Assembly (NCBI RefSeq): GCF_036321535.1
Contig: NC_087437.1
Span: 42,534,001 to 42,598,000, forward strand
DNA from: Camelus dromedarius
Taxonomy: Eukaryota
Reading direction: 5' to 3'
Length of the DNA stretch: 64,000 nucleotides
The notes beneath the pieces are model-generated. The model saw nothing but the letters and a program-made list of their open reading frames with translations, did not search any database and had not been told where the DNA came from. The position numbers were made by a program, and so were the translations under genes. Every line of letters begins with the position of its first letter. Position 1 is the stretch's first letter. Below, in pieces: positions 24,317-37,494 of this stretch.

Positions 24317-27173
24317 TATGTCAAGTCCCAGCTCTGAGGTGAAGCTACCTGGGTTTGAACTTGAGTTTTGTTACTTTCTAGCTCTAAGAAAATACTTCAC
24401 CTCTTGGGCCTCAGGTTACTCATCTGTAAAAGGAGATAATAATATTTCCTGTCTCAGCATTGTAGTGAGGACCAGGGAGGACAATAACTAACTTATCTGA
24501 GTTGTCAGTAAAGGTGAGGTATTATTGCTTCAGTGTTGAACAATCATTCCGTATTTCATTATCTTATTTGCTCCTTACTGAACCTCATTAGGTAGGGAAA
24601 AAATTATTATCCCTTGTTACAGCATAGCTAGGACTTACACCCAGGTGTTCAAAGTCAAAGCCCATTTTGCTTTTCATATCATGATTACCACCATCACCAG
24701 CTAACTTGAGCTGAGCAGTTCCCATGAGAGCTACTCTTCATAGGGCTTTACATATAACAGTTGTACTGCACCAGTTTCTCCTGCTGGTTTTAAGGAAGTG
24801 GAGCCTGACACAGCTAGTCATAGCAGAAAACCAGTTGAACAAGGCTTAGAGAAAGGCTGGCTTGTTATCAGTATCAGGGATTCTGTCTTCCCATTTGTCA
24901 GTGAATATTTGCCTTTCTACTTCCCCAAACACTTAATGAAAAAGAAAGTTAAAGCTTTGACTATTAATGCGTATTAATTCTGCACATTGCTTTCGATCAA
25001 TAGACGATCACAACAGAAGAGCATATCCAATATTTAATTTTCAAGTTCTCATACCATTTATTAAAGAATGTACATGGAGAGTAATTTTAATCTCTAATTA
25101 TTTCATGCAGTCTGAGTGTTTATGGCTTCTTTTCACTGAGGCACAAGCAGAATGTGCTTACCTTTTGGGGTGCTCTTTGGGTTTGTTTTTTGATTTTCCC
25201 TCTGATGACTTGCCAAAAATAGGTGCCTGCCCCAGGTGTCATACATTCCATTACATCTTGACAATCTACCGCTTGTCAAGGCTGCACAATAGTCCTTTGT
25301 ATCCATGTCCCGGGAGCCCGGAAAACTGCTGAGTGCATCAGGCAACTTGTGAACTATCTGATTGAACTTGGACTCCATTGCCCCGTCTCAATGAATCAAG
25401 CCACTGTAAATCAAAGCTTTGCTCTGCCAGTGGTCTCTCAACTTTCAATACATTTTGATTTAAAGGACTTTGGTCTGTGATCATCTCATATTTTATAAGA
25501 TGATATCCTGTGAGTACAGGAAAAGAACAAAACCAAACAATCAGAGGAGAAAGTTATGAGGAACACAAGCAAAGGCGGTAGGGACAACTCACGTATGGTA
25601 TCAGTTTATTTTTAAAGGCAGGTAAAACACTATAATTGGTGCTCTGGGTAATACAGTTAATTCAGTGATCTTCTGGACTGTGTGTCCCAGGAGTGTTTGG
25701 TGGAGGTAGTCATAAAAAATTTTATGCCACAAAGAATTCTGCAAATAAAATATTTCCACTGGCCTCTGTCTATGCAACAGCAATTACCTGTGATGCAAGT
25801 TTCAGAATATATAATTTTTTCTTGTAAACAGGCAGGAAAAAGTGGATGTGAATTGGTCTTTCTCTGCAGAGTGATATTAAATAATAGCATTTTTAAGGAT
25901 TTTTTTCTTATTATCAAAGAACGTATACTTATTGTATAATATAAAGGAAACAATAATAAAATCACCCGTAACTGTCTCCACTAAAGATAACTATTGTTCA
26001 TATCTTATTGTATTTCCTTCCAGTCTTTATATGCATATATATTTTATAACCTAGTTATAATTGTGCTTATTTAGTTTTACATCTTACTTTTTTCTTTTAA
26101 CATTATAAAATTTTTATCTGTTATTAGGTTAAGCAATGGATAAACTAGCATAAATCACTTAGTCTATTACCTATGTTGGAAAACTCTGAGTTCATTTTGT
26201 TTTTATATTTAAAATAACCCTGTGATAAATACTTTTGAACTTTTATCTTGTAACACATATTTGATTATTCCTTTAGTATAGTTTCCTAAAAGTAGAATTA
26301 CTGGGGCAAAGGGTATAGACATCTTTAGGGCTCATGATATACAAGTTGCTTTCTAGATAGGTGGTTTCATTTATCTAATTTTCTGTTACATCAGAAGCTT
26401 ATAGAAACAAACATACTAGCATGTGGCGATCAAGGTACACGTGGTTCTGTTGAGAGGAGTCATCTTGGAAAGCTGTTCTTATTCCAATGCAGTTACCTTT
26501 GTGGGTGCCATTACTTCAGAGATGTACCTGGTCTTGGACACAGAGTAACATTATTCAGTTGACCATCTACTCTACTGACTAATTTGGGTTCTGAGTAACA
26601 TTTGACTGTTTTCAAAAATTGCAACATCTGTTCTTAAAGAATAAAGATTTGCCATGCTTGAAGATACAAAAAAGTATAATATACCAGTTCTGAGGCTGTA
26701 CCTGGCCAGCAAGTAACAAACAGCCTCTGTTACTTACTTTTCCTTCTTGAAGAATCCTGTCCCTGCTGAAGTCTGTTGTCACCATCAAAGCAATGCTACA
26801 GAAAGGTTGGCAGTGAGGAAGAGGACAGGGACAGGGTGGTGTGTGCTGAACATTAGCCTCTTCCCCCAGCAGTTTGTAAGTAGCTGTGCTCACTTGGCTA
26901 ATTTGATGCGAAGAACAAATGTAGACTTCGCATATGGGGGATTAGCATAGTGTATTCATGATAAAGTGATTCTATTAAAAGAAACAGTTTAGTTTTTCTA
27001 TGGAATGTATTTTACTTGATGAGAGAAAGACAAGGAACAGAGAGAAAGCAAATGAGGCAAAATGTTAATAATTGGGGAAATCTATGGGAAGGGTATATAT
27101 GTTGTATTGTACTGTTCTTGCCACTTTTCCAGAGGTTTGAAAAGTTTGAAACTGAAAAGTTGAGAAAAACATC

Positions 27174-27646
27174 TGTAGGGGAGGAATAATAATTTTCCAT
27201 CTACCCTTCTCGGGTCAAGACCAAGGCTCAGATCAGGAGAAAAACAAATTTAATTTATGTACGCATGTGCAGGAGCCCTGCAAGGATGTGAGACTCAAAG
27301 AAGCGACCAAAGCAGGAAATACAAAGAAACAATACATTTGTTTAGAATTGACAAGGCAGAGGGGTTTGGGCTGGCGTTGGTAAACAGTGAAGAAGTAACA
27401 CGGTTTGTTTAATACAGCCTTGTCGGCCCTGATTTCTGGTTTCCCTGTGTCTGGTGATAAGGATGTCTTTTACCTCCTGGTACAGGGAGGGTCCCTTTCA
27501 TACGGGAGATTTATTTCCTGCTTTCTGGGGGACAAAGGAAGTTCAGAATGTTCTTTTTGCACTGGCTGTTTCTCAAGTACCTTTAATTCAAATAATAAAT
27601 ATGCCAGTGAAGCATATTTTAGGACAACATATTCTGAACCCCTGCA
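27174..27646 (-). mobile_element. Solo LTR, ERV1-like
   Basis: TGTAGGGG...CCCCTGCA inverted termini and a 4-bp TSD CATC/CATA. ATTAAA on the minus strand near 27250. Confidence 0.8.
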
Positions 27647-27664
27647 CATACAAACAAACAAGAC

Positions 27665-28190
27665 CAGAAGGGCCTTGAAGGATAATCAAGGAATGATTGA
27701 GAATGGCCAAGTGCCTGGCATTAAAGGAAGATGTGGACCAGAATACATATGATTCTCATGTGATCATAGGTGGCCTCCTTTGAGATTCTTCCTTTGAGGG
27801 TGGGGCTTCTGAACCTGAACTATTTCTTACAGAAGTATACCCAGTGGCAGTCCCCCTAAATACATTTTATGGACAGAACTGATCGCCCTAATGTAGACAA
27901 GTTGGGAAGAATCTGTTTAGATATTTTGAAAGATAAGTTGTCCCTTGCTCTAGAGATCAGCAGAGCTCTGCTCCCCACCCAGGTGCATCAGCAAATGATG
28001 GAGGAACGTGGGAGAAATGATAGAGGAAGACAAAGGAAACCAAGATTATTGAAGCATTTAGGGCATGGACTAGCTATACAATAAGCAGTATTTAAATCAG
28101 TCTGATCATCAAGTGTATATTACTTCTTTTTCGCCAATATGTCCTTCTTTTGTTTCACTTCATGTTCTTGAGATGTTACAGAATAAAATC
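27665..28190 (+). pseudogene. UBE2N: UBE2N (Ubc13) processed pseudogene
   Basis: Intronless and frameshifted pieces RIIKE, VPGIK, HVIIGG, DSSFEGGASEPELFLTEVYPVA, PNVDKLGRICLDILKDK, RAWT. A 3'UTR-like tract follows, with AATAAA near 28182. Confidence 0.92.
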
Positions 28191-28399
28191 TCATATATCT
28201 TAGAAGGAAATGGCAGAGAAAGAGCACATATCCTATTATTACTGAACTTTTAATTATTGGTTCTTTTGGTGCATAAACCTTTGAAGAAATGATAATATTA
28301 GGAAATATTTTTGGACCAAAATCTAAGAGTAGCTATGTAAGAGGCCCTGTGTCATGTTAAGTTTAAGCTGACATGAAATATTTTCCAATATGGTAAAAG

Positions 28400-28556
28400 A
28401 GCAATTCTCAGATTTTAGTTGCAATGTATAAATTATCCAGGGATCTTGTTGAAAATGCAGATTTTATTGAGTAGATTTGGGGAGGAGTTTAAATTTCTGC
28501 CTTTCTCATGAATTCCTTGGTACTGCTGGTCCATGGACCACATTTCAAATAGCAAG
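28400..28556. mobile_element. MER5-like hAT fossil
   Basis: GCAATTCTCA...CTTGTTGAAAATGCAGATT...GGTCCATGGACCACATTTCAAATAGCAAG. Confidence 0.7.
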
Positions 28557-30456
28557 TATAGGACAGAACAAGTCTTTGGAGTCAAGCAAGGCATTAATCT
28601 CTTTGGGTGTTGGTTTTCTCAGTTGTAAAAGGAGAAAATGCATACATGATTAAAATCTTGTAAAGTTGAAATAAAATAAGCAATTTGAAAGCACCTTGTA
28701 AACTTTGCTTTTTCTGTTACTAATTTTTTTTTACACTGATACCATATTGCTTTACAAATTTTTCCTCTGCAGACAAAAACAAAGGAGGCCAGATGCAGTA
28801 AATTATGCTGCACTGTTGCTATGCAAGGTTCTTGACACTAATGTTGAAACCATGAGCAAAATTCATTCCTAGGGACATTGCTGTTATACCTATTAAGGTT
28901 TCTAAAGATTTGATACCTCATTAAAGAGCTATGAATGTTGATTAAGTTTTTTCTGAAAAGAAGTTTCATTTGAATGTTTTGGATTTCCATTTTATATCTC
29001 CTTCCTAAGACCAACTAGAACTGCCTTCCTTTCCTCACCCAAGCCCTAGCCAAAAACAACCAATGGATATTTAGTATTGGATTTGGGGGAAGTGATCAAA
29101 CAGTGAACCTATAACCTAGTCATTGTAACAATATTATTTTTATTTTCAAATAGAATCTTTCAGCTCTGTGGAATGAGAGAACTTTAATTTTCAAAGAAAA
29201 AAGATAGAGTAATTGAACAGCTATTGAATATCAACAGGCCTTTCAGAAAACAGGCATGTTAATACTCCAACCCAATTAAAAAAAAATAAAACCTGTTACA
29301 AAACATAGAAATCCTTTTGGAAAATAAAATGTTAACTCTAAAGTTCAAATTCAAAGCTCAACAAGCTTTGTTTTTCTAGAGATGTTAAGTTTTTTTTTTT
29401 TTTAAATAATAAGAAATTCCTCAACAATGGTCAGAGGGGTAACAGTGTAAGTGACAGGATGGGAGGCTGAGCGGTTTGTCTTAGACTTCTACATTTGGCT
29501 ACAGACTCAAGTGCCCATAGAAAGAAATTATCTTCCAGTACTTATGAGAACAGAATTTAGATGCTGTACCGGTGTGAGTTTAGAAACAAAAAGGAATTTC
29601 TTAAATGCCACTGTCTTTAACTGATTACAATTATACTAACAACTAACCTGAAACAACGTGGTGGCAGTGATGGTGTTCTCTGGGTGGAGTGGGTAGAAAA
29701 GAGGACACTTTTTGATAAAGATAAGAATTAAGCAAATGGTACCCAGTGAAACTAAAGTCCTAATTTATTTCAAAACTTTAAAATTTTTATATCTTGCATA
29801 ATTATGACTATACAAATCTAACATACACTTAAGGCTAAATTATTGATTCCTTTATAATCTCACTGTATAATGAAAAATTCAGCACTACGTATTTTATTCC
29901 TTTTTTTCCTTTTAATGTAGTCTGAAATCTTATTCATTTTTTCCATTATTTTTAAAAATTATATTTTCTTGTCTGTTTTACTCTGTATCTGAGTTCCATG
30001 TACTTACCCTATTTTCAAACCCTCTTGTTGGTGTTAACTGAGGTCTTGAGTAATGGCTACGACTCATTACCTTATCAGGTATATGCCTTTATGTTGAGTA
30101 TTTTAAAGGGAGGGAATATGAAGGACCCAGAGGAAAGAATAGAGATTTTAATAACTGATAATATCAGCCATACCATATACAGCTGGCTCTCTGTAAGGAC
30201 TGAGAGAGTGTATTATTAGTTTTATAATTTTTAAAATCTGCATTTAGATTATCTGTATCTGTATATGGTATGTGATTAATCCTTACGAATGCACGTGAAT
30301 ATGCACATATACTGTGTGTACTTGGGTAGACCTGGTATACTTCAGTCAGTGTTGAAAGAACAAGACAGGTGAAAGAGGCAGCAATGGTTATTTTATAAGC
30401 TATTTAACTAAGTGAGATGAATCTGAAAGAGAGTCAGGTCCAACTTGCTGAGAACA

Positions 30457-30462
30457 TTTATT
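30457..30462 (-). terminator. Candidate polyadenylation signal of the minus-strand gene
   Basis: AATAAA on the minus strand ~170 nt after the TAG stop. Confidence 0.55.
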
Positions 30463-30634
30463 GCTGCCAGTCAAGATTAACGAAGTACAGAACGTCTTAG
30501 CTGAACATGAGCCAAGGGGAGCACCACCTTGTTCTTCTGGCGATAGTCCTTGGTGGCTGGGGTATCATAGGCTGGCGGGATGCCATTGCCCCTTTCTCTG
30601 AGATGTCTTGGTGGTACTCCCTGCTCCCCAGTGA

Positions 30635-30757
30635 CTAGCTTTGCTGCACAGTTTGAAGCCGCTTCATTTTTGTTTTTTGCCTTCGAGCAGTTCTCAGTTT
30701 TTTAGTTTTTAAGAAACTATCCTCTACTTGGTAAAGAAAGTCTTCAATTCGTCCAAC
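30635..30757 (-). CDS. Terminal coding exon of an unidentified protein-coding gene (VGRIEDFLYQVEDSFLKTKKLRTARRQKTKMKRLQTVQQS*)
   Basis: Acceptor TTTATTTCTTCTAG|GTT, phase 0 matching the upstream exon. 41 codons ending in TAG, with a basic C-terminal tail. Confidence 0.8.
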   Translation of the reverse strand, partial: VGRIEDFLYQVEDSFLKTKKLRTARRQKTKMKRLQTVQQS

Positions 30758-33700
30758 CTAGAAGAAATAAACAGATACAGTTAGATTTGTGATTGTTTTC
30801 CTGGGTTTTGTGTATTTAGGAAAATGGTGGGGTATTTAAAAGTAAACGGTACATGGACCTGCATCTCAGGGTCCCCTGTCTTAGAGACACGAAGCAGATT
30901 TGCAGGGATATGCTTTGCTGTCCGTCCTACATATTGGTTATGGGGATGGGATTATTGTCAACCTCTGTCTTTAATGGTCAGTAAAACCAGGGATTTCAAA
31001 AGGAAATAAATGGTGAAAAATTATCCCATTATCCAAAAGAAGAATGAAAACTAATAAACTCTACCCCCCTCAAAACCAGAGATTCTAGCGTGGGTTTGCC
31101 TCTGGCCAACTTGGGAGAAAAATTCATATTCCACATTTTCTTAGCAAGAGCCATTTTTCTTTAAAATCAAAAGGAAAATTTGAAAAAAAAGATAAAATAA
31201 TGGTATACAATAGTTCTTAAAAATAAATTACTAGTCTTTCTCCAAAGAAAACTTGTAATTATTCAGTGATGGTTAATGTATTATACTATTTGTCGGAAAG
31301 AACTATAGAGTAAAACAGTTTACATCTATGCTGAGTTGAGCCCTCACGATGAATAACAGTTCATACTTAACCCTGACTCCCGGGACTTGCATATTGTATG
31401 AGTCTAAAGTCACTCACTGAAGATCCTGTTGTCATAAAGTTAGCTCAAAGCTAGAGCACTTACTATTCAAGGTGCATGAACATGTCATCTACTTAAGATA
31501 AAAGCACTTACAAGTTCAATTTTCCAATTTTGAGCTCCACTTTTAAATCACTTGATTTATCATTCAGAGTAATATCCAAAAGGTAATTCAGGTTGTCAAA
31601 AAGAGAATAATAAATGGTAGCACTCATCTATGTTATGTTAGGTCTTATACCAGGTGATATAAACTGTCCATTGGTTTCCTTTAGAAAATAAGATAACTTA
31701 TTTACATGAATACAATTCTTTCTGAAAACCTAAAATTACTTCAGGTAAAAATTTCTAAAAGCACATTGTTGTTTATAATATTTGATAATTGCAGCAATCA
31801 TCAAAATGATTTGACAGAATATTTTTGGATCCTGTCATGAAGTCAATGCATTATGCTATGTATCCCATCCATTTATATTATCTGACTTACACCAGAACTA
31901 TAGGTTAAAAATTAACATAAAGCACAATCAAAACAAATGTAATGGATGGCACTCAACCATTACTTCCATAGTTGAGTTGATGACTGATCCATATTATTTG
32001 CACTGAAAATATATTGTCTAAATCAAAGTTCTTTACAATGATAATGTTTATAATTAGCCCAAATACAATTAAAATTACAGACCTAATGCAACAAAAAAAG
32101 CTTCCTTCAATGATACAGAAAATGAATTGTTTTTAAACATCCATTAGGTGGTTGCTATCTGTTTTTTAAAAAAATTGTGTTTATTAAGAGCAGTGTTGAC
32201 TCACTGGGTTGCCTTTCATTTAAAAAGACAAAGACAGAGAAGAAACATAAGATGTGTCACCGAAATAGGGAGTATTGCCAAATTAAGCTGGGAGGTCTGG
32301 AGTACATGCTTTGTGTATGTCTCACCCGACCTATGTGTTCACCTCCTACCTGGTCTGTCCACATGCTACCCTTTCAACCCATTCTCCTAATGATATGAGA
32401 ATGATCTTTTAAAAGTGTATATCTGGTCACATTTCCCCCTGCTTAAAATACCTAAATGGAGTCCTAAGCCCTTAACATGGTCTGCACAGCTCTGGGTGGT
32501 CTGATTACACTTCCGTCTCTAATTCTGGCTCCTGTCCCTCAATTTGCTTTAGCCATGTGGTACATCTTCAGTTTTCTGAGAACAGAGAACAGCTGTTCAG
32601 TGTTCTCTACAGCCTTGATCTTTCTAATGCTATGCCCTCTGTTGGAATACTCCCATTAGAACCCTTACATATCCTCTGTATTTCAGGTTTAACATCAGTA
32701 TCTCAGGGACATCCTCCTTGATAAGCCAGACCAGGCTGGGTCTCTCAGTGACATTTTCCCACAGCAACCCATTCATCTCTTTGCATATTGTAATTTTTTT
32801 ACTTAATGTTTTATAATGATTTATATAATATCTATCTTCCCACCTGGGCTTTAAGCTCTATAAGACAGGCAACTATTTTTCACTATTCCTGGTACCTAGG
32901 ACATGGTAGACCCTCAATAATCCTACTCTCTGATAATAGAGCTGAAGACACCAGTGTGTTCAGACACCAATGTGTTTTTCCACATTCAAAGTGATGACTG
33001 GTATGAAGCATATCAGAAGGCTTTCTTTTCTTTTACAAATTAAATAATCACTACCTTCATTATCCTATTACCATTGCTTAGCTTTCAGACTCTCTAGGCA
33101 AGGTAATAACAAATTGTCTTCTCCATACTTGGAACAGCCAAAGGTAGAAAGGGCACTGGATGAAGAGTCAGGAACACTGAGTTCTGCCCTTGGTCTGGTT
33201 TATAATCCTGACCTGTGACAAGTCACTTGGCCTTTCTGAGCCTTTAGTGAAGAAAGGATTAGCTTGGATGATTTCCAAGGACACACTAAGCCAAAAAACT
33301 CCATGACTTGTATTCACATCAAATTTCGGTTAGTCCAGTCTGGAGATGTGCCCTCACAATTTTCAGATCAGAGGTTATTCTCTTAGATTATACCATTAGA
33401 TGAATGACACAATATGCAATAAAGTAAGTTGATTTTAGCATCTGTACTTACTGAAGTATAGGACAGCTGCAACATGTTTTTAGTAAAGCTGGTTCTTTAT
33501 TTTCTTTTTTTAAGCCAAGGAAAGAAAAATGCTGGTTGAAGAGAAAATAGATTCATATAACTAAGAAGAACAGATTGCAAATGATAGAAATTTCTATAAA
33601 GCCCTTAGGGAAATAAAACACAAAGAAATATGTAAGCAAGTAAGGAAGGAAATGAGCCAGTTTTGGGAGCAGAGTCCTTATTAGAACTTCTTTTTGGTAC

Positions 33701-36700
33701 AGGATCTACTTTCTTAACTATATCAGATAGTCTACTTGGTCATTCTGGGTCTAATTTACCCATTTGCAAAATGGGCAGGTAACATTTTCTTGTGTATCTA
33801 TGTGCCATTGCTGACTTGGCATTACTGAGATACGGACATCAGACCAAATGAGCTTGCAGAGAATTTTGGGATGCCAGATGATTGAAGGGAACTGAAGTTC
33901 TCAGTAAAAGGGCAGATTTTCACCTGTCATATGAGTATCAGTCATAATCCACATCAAAGAGTTAGGAAATTGTTATTAGTTAGTTTCTCAGGACTTTTAA
34001 ATTCTTACACACAAAAGTCTGTCAGTCATGACTTAGTGTAGAGTTAAAACATTCAGAATAAAGATGACTTTGAAAGTGTAAAAGAGAAGACAGCCTGAGA
34101 AGTACAGGAGATCTCAAAGTTGAAATTCTAACAGTACAAACAAAAAATACCAATTAGGAAGAAATGTGGAGATAACTAAATACACTAATATATATTACAG
34201 TAAGGCTTCTAGTCAGCTCAGATTTCAAAGGAAGTACTTTGTTTTTTCATGCAAATATTTATTGAACATTTACTGTGTATTTGGCATTGTACTAAGGTGG
34301 TAAGCAAAATAGCGAGATGTTTGTTTATGAGGAATTCATATTCACGTAGGCAGTTAATGAAAAAAAAGATTGCAACAAAGCATAAACATTTGTATAAGAA
34401 TTTTGTACAAAAAATTTCTGTCAGCAAAAATGTCACATTTCTGTCTGAAGGAATGTGGAGGTGATAGGAGCCAGGACAAGGATCTCATCTCATTCCAGAC
34501 AGGGGAAGTGGCACCCATTAAAGCAAGTCTGGGAAAGCACAGGGCTGTTTGATAGGGGTGAGTCACTAACACCACAGATGTGGGAATGGGGGTACTGGGA
34601 GTAGAGCTATATACGGCAGGAAATACAGACTGGGGTCAGCTTGTAAAAAGTTAAAAAATATTTAGCCCCGGGGTTAGAAAGATAAATCTGGTGCCATTGT
34701 TGTGTGGTGGAAGGCAGCCAGGGAGACTAGGGGCAGGTGGATCAATTAGGTGCCAGTGCAATAGGATATGAAAAATACTACGAGGACCTGCGTCAAGGAT
34801 TTAAGAGACATTTAGGAAGTAAGAGCTATAGTCTTGATGAAAAATTCTGTGTTGGGGTTAGAAGGCAGGCAGAATTAGGAATGACTGTGAAGTTCTTCAT
34901 TTGAGATAATGATGGTATCTTAATGAGGTAAGGACTAAAATTCGATGAACAGTTTTAGGGAAAAAGAATAGGTTTGATTAGTGACTAATATAAGAGGTAG
35001 AAAAAAAGGTCACATAATCAAGAATGTGTTGAAAAATGGACCTGTAATAATAGCCTAGTACTAGGCTAAAAGCCAGAATGATGCAAAACTCCTAATTGAA
35101 AAGAAAAAAACCCAACCCACTATTTTGTAGTCTACTATGTGAAAAGCATTCTAGCAGTTAAAAAGTCCTAAGAAAAATGAACAAAAAATGATGCTTTCAG
35201 TTATTCAGAACAAAAAGGTGGTCATGGCAGAGACACAGCCTGCTGGGTCGAAGCCCAATATATCTGGGTTAGATTCCCAGCTCCAGCGTGTTCTTGGTGT
35301 GTAACTTTGAGCAAACTTATTGAAGTTCTTGGAACCCAAGTTTCTCTATCAATCAGTGGCTTCACAGGGTCCTACTGAGATTAAACAATTTATGTGAAGT
35401 ATTTGCATAGGTCAGAATTACATTTATTTAGTAGTAGTAGTAATACTTGAATCCAGAAGTGTATGCCCAGTAAATAGAAAAGACATAAATGAATTAAAAA
35501 ATGCATAAAACACTGAAATTAGATTAAAAGCTAAACAGCTTTACCTAATAGACCTGTGTTTTTGACCTCTACTCTGTGAAGGACGCTACCTCAATAACTC
35601 TGCCAAGTATAGATATTTGATGTGCTTTAAAGCCTTGTGAGTAGGTCTCAAAATTCCACTGTATAAAAGGCAGAATTAGGAGGGGGCAGAGAAAGGAGAG
35701 GGAAGATGAGTTTCTGAGAGTACATATTAACTGCAAGTTTAATATAAATCATCAGTATTCTCTGGTTAGCCCAAACTGATCTGATGATAGACTACAATAT
35801 TTAAAATATGTCTCAAAAGGGACTATAGTTTTTTCCCTTCTCAGCTCAGGTCCTATCCCATCTGGGCTATCATACTCAGTTCTGGGTATGTCCAGGGTCT
35901 TAACACCAAATTGTATGAAAAGTTGAAGGATCTGGAGGTGTTTACTATGGAGAAGAGAAAACAACAGGAATCTGTGGTATCTTTAGGTATGTCAACGTTG
36001 TTATGTAAAGAGTGATGGATTTGTTTTGTGTTAGCTTATAAATTTGAAAGAGAGTACTAGCTAGAATTGTAAGACGAGTTTGATTTTCAGTTCTTCCACT
36101 GGTGATGTGACTTAATTTCTGAACTTTAATTTTCTCATCTCTAGTTTAAATAAGAAATTAATAATAATCAAAGTCTACTTACAGGGTTTTTTGTGAGGAT
36201 TAAATGGCTTGATGTTTGTGGAAAGCTCTTGACAAATGGCTAAGTCCTCCACAAAGATTATAATAGCACTTTGTGTAGTGCCTGGTGGTTTCATAATGGG
36301 TTTTCAAATTTCTCACCCTATAACTGCATTGTATTATTCACTGATGCACTAAATAAATTTAGTAAATATATTAAAATATTTCTTTTCGGTTAATAATTTT
36401 TTTAGAATATCAAAACAGGATTTTTCTACTGGACTCCAGGATAAAATACAACATTTTTATAGATTAAAATAATATGTTTTTCCTCATGCAAAACTACTTT
36501 ATAGTCACTTTTGGTACTGATTATTTTCTCCAATAATTATGTGACTGTTTTCTCTAATAATTTTTTTCCTGTAACATTGGTTTGTATCTTATGTGTAGGT
36601 GGAAAGTGTGGGGATTCCTTGAGGTCAGGAGACCCTCTGTTTATTTGAGAGCTTTCTTGTGAAGGAGGATTGCTACTGACTCACTGTCATTTTGTGGTGC

Positions 36701-37057
36701 TGACTGTGGCTTCATTTGTGCATAGATCCAACCTAATTTCATTTGGTAATTGAAGGCATGTGAACCAGAGGTGAAAGCAATATTACTGCTTTCCATTTAT
36801 TGTGCAAAGGCTGACCATGAGACCAAGGGCATTGCTAAGGAAGAAGATGAGTTTTAGGGCATAGAGAGTTAGAAATGGGGACAAACTAAGGAAAAAAATG
36901 ACAAGCTCAACATGAACAAAGCTGGAGAGGGTTGATAACAGGAAGGGACAACACAGCACTGGCCTAATAGAGCTTTGAAAGGGGAGTCATTTGGATGTAG
37001 TAGAGGGGAAGGAGAGTCACCTTTCCCTCCCATAGTCATTTAAAATCAAATACTTTT

Positions 37058-37490
37058 CTCATGAGTTGAATTGCGTTCCCTCAAAATTCTATGTTTAAGT
37101 CTTCCGAATGTGCCCTTGTCTGGAGATAGGGTTTTTATAGAGGTCATCAAGTTAAAATGAGGTCTTTAGGGTGGTGGGCCCTAACCTAGGTATCCTTATA
37201 AAAAGTGGACATTTGGATACACTCACATAGGGAGAATACCATGTGAGGATGAAGGCAGAGATTAAGGTGATATTTCTACAGTCCAAGGTATGATAAAGAT
37301 TGCCAGCAAACCACCAGAAACTAGGAGGGAGGCATGGAACTGATTCTTCCTCACAGCCCTAAGAAGGTACCAACCATGATGATACTTTGAGTTTGGACTA
37401 CCAGCCTCCAGAACTGTGATGATAAATTTCCATTGTTTAAGCCACTCAGTTTGTGGTACTTTGTTATAGCGATCCTAGAAAATTAATATG
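37058..37490 (+). mobile_element. MaLR solo LTR (MLT1B/C-like)
   Basis: GTTGAATTGCGTTCCCTCAAAATTC...CAGCCTCCAGAACTGTGA...TTTAAGCCACTCAGTTTGTGGTACTTTGTTA. Confidence 0.85.
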
Positions 37491-37494
37491 ACAG

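Noticed and set aside
30660..30712. Programmed -1 frameshift at A-runs of the terminal exon
   Set aside because: The A-runs do not form an X XXY YYZ heptamer in the reading frame.
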